Shown: positions 34,115 through 38,601 of the stretch, piece by piece
How the letters are laid out: each line of letters begins with the position of its first letter
How positions within the stretch are numbered: the stretch's first letter is position 1
Virus record (IMG/VR): IMGVR_UViG_3300029825_000023
Location: 1 to 38,601 of that record
DNA: 38,601 nt
Strand: one strand, 5' to 3'
Source: a virus
Taxonomy: Duplodnaviria > Caudoviricetes
Made by a program: the position numbers and the translations under genes
Notes under the pieces: generated by a model
Databases searched by the model: none
What the model saw: the letters and a program-made list of their open reading frames with translations, nothing else
What the model was told of the DNA's origin: nothing

Positions 34115-34939
34115 TTATAGGTCAACTCTCTTGTTTCCTATATTAAAGCAGGCATCTCGCATGTTGCAGCTCTTCGCCCTTGATGTTTCACTGTTTTTAC
34201 ATTTTTTTGGTGGAATTTCTTTTGACTTAACAAAAGCCTTTTTCATTTCCTGTACTTGATTCAATCTACCTAAAAATGGCAGTACTTGTTCTGGGTCATA
34301 TTCACACATAAAAGGCTGCCAGCCCTGGTTGTTTTTATCTTCAGCTAGCACAAAACCTTGTGAAATGCCAAGTAAATGCATATATAATTGTAACTGTTTT
34401 TGACCAGAAGGATGCGACTTTGCTTTTTGATATGCAAATGTATTCATCGATTTTATTTCAACAACATATTTTGTGCCATCCAGATTTATAACAGCGTCAG
34501 GGGTAAAGTAAAGCTCATATTCGTCTGAAAAGTGCCTTGCTTCAATATCTACGGCAATACCAGCTTTAATAAACATACTTTGCCACTTCTCGTGGATTGA
34601 GTTTCCTGCAGCAAATATGCGTAAAAGGTTAATAGGTAGTTGCTCACCCTGATTTTGCTTATATAATAATGAAAGAACTTGGGCTCTGTAGCAGAACTCA
34701 TTATCAGATACAATGATAGCACTGGCATGTAGCCCTGCCCTTTCCTCGTCCTTTTCATCCCTTAAATAAAATAGTTTATCAAGCCTACTTTTAATTAATA
34801 GGCCTTTGAGGTCATCAGGATAGGTACTTTTATTCCTTGACATAGGTTTATGCCTATTTGAGGATTGCTTTTCAACTGAAGGATTCTGGCTACCTTTCCC
34901 TTTACTTAATTCATCCATGATAGCTGACTTTAATGACAT
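34115..34939 (-). CDS. PD-(D/E)xK (Cas4-like) exonuclease
   Basis: HAS...C.R...G..IHE; TPD...VEIKS; QLQLYM; C-terminal Cys. Confidence 0.85.
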   Translation of the reverse strand: MSLKSAIMDELSKGKGSQNPSVEKQSSNRHKPMSRNKSTYPDDLKGLLIKSRLDKLFYLRDEKDEERAGLHASAIIVSDNEFCYRAQVLSLLYKQNQGEQLPINLLRIFAAGNSIHEKWQSMFIKAGIAVDIEARHFSDEYELYFTPDAVINLDGTKYVVEIKSMNTFAYQKAKSHPSGQKQLQLYMHLLGISQGFVLAEDKNNQGWQPFMCEYDPEQVLPFLGRLNQVQEMKKAFVKSKEIPPKKCKNSETSRAKSCNMRDACFNIGNKRVDL

Positions 34940-34966
34940 AAGAACCTCCATATAAAAAATAAAAAG

Positions 34967-34987
34967 AAGGGGCCATAAAGGCCCCTT
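34967..34987 (-). terminator. Rho-independent terminator
   Basis: AAGGGGCC/GGCCCCTT followed by a T-run. Confidence 0.7.
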
Positions 34988-35004
34988 GCTATTAATTTAT
35001 GCCG

Positions 35005-35388
35005 CTATTCTCTAGGCTGGCTGATGATGTCATGTATCTTTAGCATCCACCTGTTGCACTTTAATATCATTTCATCATGGTATATTTTGCCCGGATTGGT
35101 AGCAATTCTGAAATAAGCGTCTGATATAAGGTTGAGACATGTGACAACTATCATTACTTTATCATCCGGAACCTCTAACAACATGGGGTATTTTCTACGG
35201 TATTCTTGAATGAGATTCGCCGCATGGGTGTCAAAATCGACTTCACTTTTAACTTCATCAACCTGCTCCCCTAGAAGCTCGCTTATGTTCTCTAAGCTGC
35301 CGGATATGCTTTTTAATGTGTGAATTAATGTAGGCAGCTGTTTGTCAAAGAACTTTTTACCGTACATAGTTTCGTGAAATTGTGGCAT
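35005..35388 (-). CDS. Hypothetical protein
   Basis: MPQFHET.YGKKFF..QLP.LI N-terminus; AGGAGG RBS. Confidence 0.75.
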   Translation of the reverse strand: MPQFHETMYGKKFFDKQLPTLIHTLKSISGSLENISELLGEQVDEVKSEVDFDTHAANLIQEYRRKYPMLLEVPDDKVMIVVTCLNLISDAYFRIATNPGKIYHDEMILKCNRWMLKIHDIISQPRE

Positions 35389-35489
35389 TTACATTTCCTC
35401 CTTTGGTCTTTTAGTTTTTAAATTTAAGGGGTATAAACCCCCGCCCCGCTCTCCTCCTCAGAGTGTCGATAGGTTTTATTCCAGATAGT

Positions 35490-35720
35490 TCAAGATTCCC
35501 ACCATGTGTAATACAGATAATGCTCATGCGTGGCTATTGTATTTTCTAATGCCTTTATTTTTCGTCTTATTAAAAACCTTTTAAGCAAATTCATCTTTTT
35601 TGTTTCTAACTCATGGCTAAGTCGCTCAATTCCAATCTTACAGTTCTTAATCTCTTCATGCCTCCTATCTTGTGTTTCTTTGCTTTCGTAATACCCCTTC
35701 AATTCAGGCATAAACGCCAT
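35490..35720 (-). CDS. Hypothetical early protein
   Basis: GAGGAGGTG RBS after a promoter. Confidence 0.7.
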   Translation of the reverse strand: MAFMPELKGYYESKETQDRRHEEIKNCKIGIERLSHELETKKMNLLKRFLIRRKIKALENTIATHEHYLYYTWWES

Positions 35721-35773
35721 CGGTCAGTCACCTCCTCTCGAGTGTTTAGTACCAATTTCGTTGGTCTGTGTAC

Positions 35774-35802
35774 ATTCTAACATGTCCTACAGAAATGTAA
35801 AC
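35774..35802 (-). promoter_or_regulatory. Early promoter GTTTACA-16-(TGT)TAGAAT
   Basis: -35 at 35796-35801; -10 at 35774-35779. Confidence 0.7.
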
Positions 35803-36704
35803 TATTTTTTGTAAAGTTCTTTGTTTTGCTGCATGAGTTCTAGCCGAATAGGCTTAATATCGTCGTGGCTGACATAACCTCTACTAAAAAACATAGGTAA
35901 TTCACATTCCCCAAACGGATTGCATATCTTTGATTTGACAACTTTGCATTTGGTGATTATGCCAACCTTTTCATTGTCTGCTGTGTTAGCAGGATTTTTG
36001 TTGGGTACGTCAATCCATGCACGTCTGCCAACTTGTATTCTTACGCTAGCATAATGTCTAAGTGCATGCCCACCGGGCGTCTGGGTCTTTTCACCAAACA
36101 TCAATGCATCCATTTTGTCCCTTACTTGATTTATAAAAATAACGGTGGCCCCGGTTATTTCTATGATGTCATTCAGATTCTTTAACGTTCTACTGAACAA
36201 CGCAGCAAGTTGGCCCCTTTGTGGTTGTTTTTCAATATCCTTTTCGACTTGCTCATATTGCGCTTTTGGTACCATGCCGGGAACGCTGTCTATTATTACC
36301 AAAGGAATACCCGCTTTGCTGAATTGCATTGTTTTATCCATAATATCCTCTGCATGCTTGCAGTCTCGGTATACAAGCATTTGCTTTGGTTTATTACCAA
36401 ATAACTTTGCTCTGTCGATGTCAAATGTCCCCTCTGCTGGAATAAACAAGCACATTTTATGAAGCGAACCGAGATGGTAAGCAAGGCTTGTTTTTCCAGA
36501 GCTTTCAGGCCCAAATATTTCTACCATCCTGCCTTTCGGCATCCCTCCACCCAAAACAGCGTCAAGGTCTTCAATATAAGTGCTCCAACGAGGAATACCA
36601 GCGTTAGCAGCTTTTGAGCCTAGACTATAAATGGAACCTTTTCCTTGCTTATTCTCTATCCCTTTGCATAGCTCCATTATTTGCATTAGTTGTTTTTTAT
36701 CCAA
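35802..36704 (-). CDS. recA: RecA/UvsX-family recombinase
   Basis: GRMVEIFGPESSGKT, IIDSV, FINQVR, TPGGHALRHYAS. Confidence 0.93.
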   Translation of the reverse strand: MDKKQLMQIMELCKGIENKQGKGSIYSLGSKAANAGIPRWSTYIEDLDAVLGGGMPKGRMVEIFGPESSGKTSLAYHLGSLHKMCLFIPAEGTFDIDRAKLFGNKPKQMLVYRDCKHAEDIMDKTMQFSKAGIPLVIIDSVPGMVPKAQYEQVEKDIEKQPQRGQLAALFSRTLKNLNDIIEITGATVIFINQVRDKMDALMFGEKTQTPGGHALRHYASVRIQVGRRAWIDVPNKNPANTADNEKVGIITKCKVVKSKICNPFGECELPMFFSRGYVSHDDIKPIRLELMQQNKELYKK

Positions 36705-36895
36705 AGTATCATTCCTTTCCAGAGGTTGTACGTTAAAGCATGTTGAAAGTTAATACAATCGAATATATTTATACCTGCGGTTGTTTAGCATTAAGTCTGT
36801 AAGGAGCCAGTTTGGCATTAAAACGTTTTTGCCTTAATACTTCTCTTTTCTTGTTCCATTCTTGGTACTTAGGGCATTTATTATGACAACCTAAA

Positions 36896-38601
36896 TTAAT
36901 TGCATATTAAGCTGGCGTTATACTTTATTACTCTACTTAAATAGCGTTTCATATTAAACTCAGCAGCCCCATGCTCAACAAGGGAATTAATTACTCCTTT
37001 GTGGACTGCCCTACTTCTACAGCGTTCGACAAACTCATCAATAGATTTATACGGACCATTTTCTTTCCGTTCGTTTTCAATATACTCGGCCGCTTTAAGG
37101 CCAACACCGTTAATAGTCGTAAGGCCTTCTTGTATTACCTTTTCACCATCAACTTTGCGAAGAGAATAATCAGCTGAGTAGTTAACATGGGGAAGGAATA
37201 TGACTATGCCATCTTTGGCAGCATCTTTCCTAAATTGCCAATCTTTAGTTTTGTCGTAGCTATACTTCATGCTTGCATACCAGAACTCAGCAGGGTGGAA
37301 TATTTTGTGGTACATTTGCCATTCTGATATAAGAGCGTAACCTGAGCCGTGGCCTTTGTTAAACAAATATAATGTCATACTATCAAACAGTTCAGCAGCT
37401 TCTTGCTTGTTAACTTTACTTATTTTATTTGCCCCTTCAACGAACTTGTCTTTTAGTTCAAGTCGTTGTTCTTCGTTAAATTTAAACTTCATAATCTTAT
37501 CAACGTCGTCATTGTGCATTTGAGCAAGCCCTTTGCAGATACGCATTACATGTTCTTGATAAATAATTGTGCCATAACTGTCAGCAGTATAAGGGTACCA
37601 CGGAGTATTTTTGTTAGGCTTTACTTTGTTCTCAGCATAGTGTGTGTGCATTTGTAATTGCAAAGGGCCGGGTCTATTAAGTGATACAGCAGCTATCAGG
37701 TCTTGAATGTTGTCCGCTCCCATTGATACAAGAATATCTTGAGCAGTTGGCTTATTTAGCTGGAATATGCCCATAGTCTTTCCTGTTTTGAAGCCGTCAT
37801 AGATAGCTTGTTTTTGCTTCTTCGATGCAGTTCGTGTGACGTATTTATCACCGGTTAACTCTTCGATTTCGTGGATGATGTTTAATGTTTTCAGCCCAAG
37901 AATGTCAAACTTAAGGAAGTCGAAAGCTTCAATATCATATTTATCAAAGCATGTAACGAACTTCCCTTTCACTTTCATCAACGACATATAGCTACCAATG
38001 GAGTTTCGTGTAATTACAACACCAGCTGCGTGAGTTCCGTAGTAACGTACTTGACCATAAAGTTTGCAAAAATGCGTGATGATATTGCTATATTGCTTTT
38101 CAAGCCTGCGCATTTCAGGAAGTGCTATAATTTTATTATAATCTACACCTTCAAACTCAAAGTGAGCTTTATCGTCAACGTTTTTATCAAGCGTGCTTTT
38201 GAATATCTTTGCATCTTCCTCATCCATTTCAAAATGTTTTATGAAGTCGTTGCATAGGTTTTTTACACGATAGAACCCAAATGTAATTACTTGAGCCGAG
38301 TGCCCTTTGTATTTTTCAAGCAAGTATTCTATAATTTCATCACGCAAACCATACTCAAAGTCAAGGTCTATATCAGGCATCTTCTTTTTATCAGCTCTGA
38401 GAAAGCGTTCGAAATCATTGCCTATTTCTACAGGGTCAACGTTCGTAATGCCTAATAAGTTAGCTATAAGCGAGCCACAAACGGAACCCCTTCCGGGTCC
38501 TACATAAATATTTCTACGTTTTGCCTCTTCGACATAATCGGCAACTATTAAAAAGTAGTCAGCTAGGTTGTGATTCTTGATGACGTTGGCTTCAAGCTTT
38601 A
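36896..38601 (-). CDS. dnaE: DnaE polymerase, C-terminal part (palm/fingers/HhH); same gene as 1-1033
   Basis: GPGRGS, FERFL, PDIDLDF, HAAGVVI, KFDILGL, IIYQE, YLFNKGH. Confidence 0.95.
   Translation of the reverse strand, partial: KLEANVIKNHNLADYFLIVADYVEEAKRRNIYVGPGRGSVCGSLIANLLGITNVDPVEIGNDFERFLRADKKKMPDIDLDFEYGLRDEIIEYLLEKYKGHSAQVITFGFYRVKNLCNDFIKHFEMDEEDAKIFKSTLDKNVDDKAHFEFEGVDYNKIIALPEMRRLEKQYSNIITHFCKLYGQVRYYGTHAAGVVITRNSIGSYMSLMKVKGKFVTCFDKYDIEAFDFLKFDILGLKTLNIIHEIEELTGDKYVTRTASKKQKQAIYDGFKTGKTMGIFQLNKPTAQDILVSMGADNIQDLIAAVSLNRPGPLQLQMHTHYAENKVKPNKNTPWYPYTADSYGTIIYQEHVMRICKGLAQMHNDDVDKIMKFKFNEEQRLELKDKFVEGANKISKVNKQEAAELFDSMTLYLFNKGHGSGYALISEWQMYHKIFHPAEFWYASMKYSYDKTKDWQFRKDAAKDGIVIFLPHVNYSADYSLRKVDGEKVIQEGLTTINGVGLKAAEYIENERKENGPYKSIDEFVERCRSRAVHKGVINSLVEHGAAEFNMKRYLSRVIKYNASLICN
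38503..38601. repeat. 99-bp terminal overlap (copy of 1-99)
   Basis: Identical sequence. Confidence 0.97.

Noticed and set aside
34115-34939. CRISPR-associated Cas4 / CRISPR locus
   Set aside because: No repeat-spacer array or other cas genes; stand-alone Cas4-like exonucleases are common in phages
1453-38507. All plus-strand ORFs in the track (e.g. 14544-15380, 20567-21184)
   Set aside because: Antisense shadows of well-supported minus-strand genes, with no recognisable motifs
38503-38601. 99-bp repeat as a biological terminal repeat
   Set aside because: It lies inside dnaE and has a k-mer-like length. The HNH/TerS/TerL set implies cos ends near 25.3 kb, so this is an assembly overlap.
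1-38601. Prophage or integrative element
   Set aside because: No integrase, repressor or host flanking genes, and the sequence closes into a circle

Overview
This looks like a complete ~38.5 kb tailed-phage genome. The last 99 nt repeat the first 99 nt, so it is a circular assembly. Essentially all genes are on the minus strand. The host is probably a Bacillota/Clostridia bacterium (strong GGAGG ribosome-binding sites, sigmaA-type promoters, amidase with an SLH-like C-terminus). No integrase or repressor is recognisable. The genome has two halves. (1) A higher-GC HK97-type siphovirus packaging/head/tail/lysis module, about 7.9-25.9 kb. (2) A lower-GC, nearly GATC-free replication/nucleotide module, about 26 kb through the origin to 7.8 kb, encoding a DnaE-type polymerase spanning the contig junction, primase, SSB, RecA, RNase H, two resolvase-like nucleases, an exonuclease and a MoxR/vWA pair. 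The best candidate novel system is the gene run MazG - dNMP-kinase/nucleoside-deoxyribosyltransferase fusion - HD hydrolase - divergent ThyX - non-canonical tRNA-Cys-like RNA - dCMP-hydroxymethylase-like thymidylate synthase - DnaE. It suggests an undescribed pathway for pre-replicative cytosine modification. All family calls are from motif recognition by eye; no searches were run.
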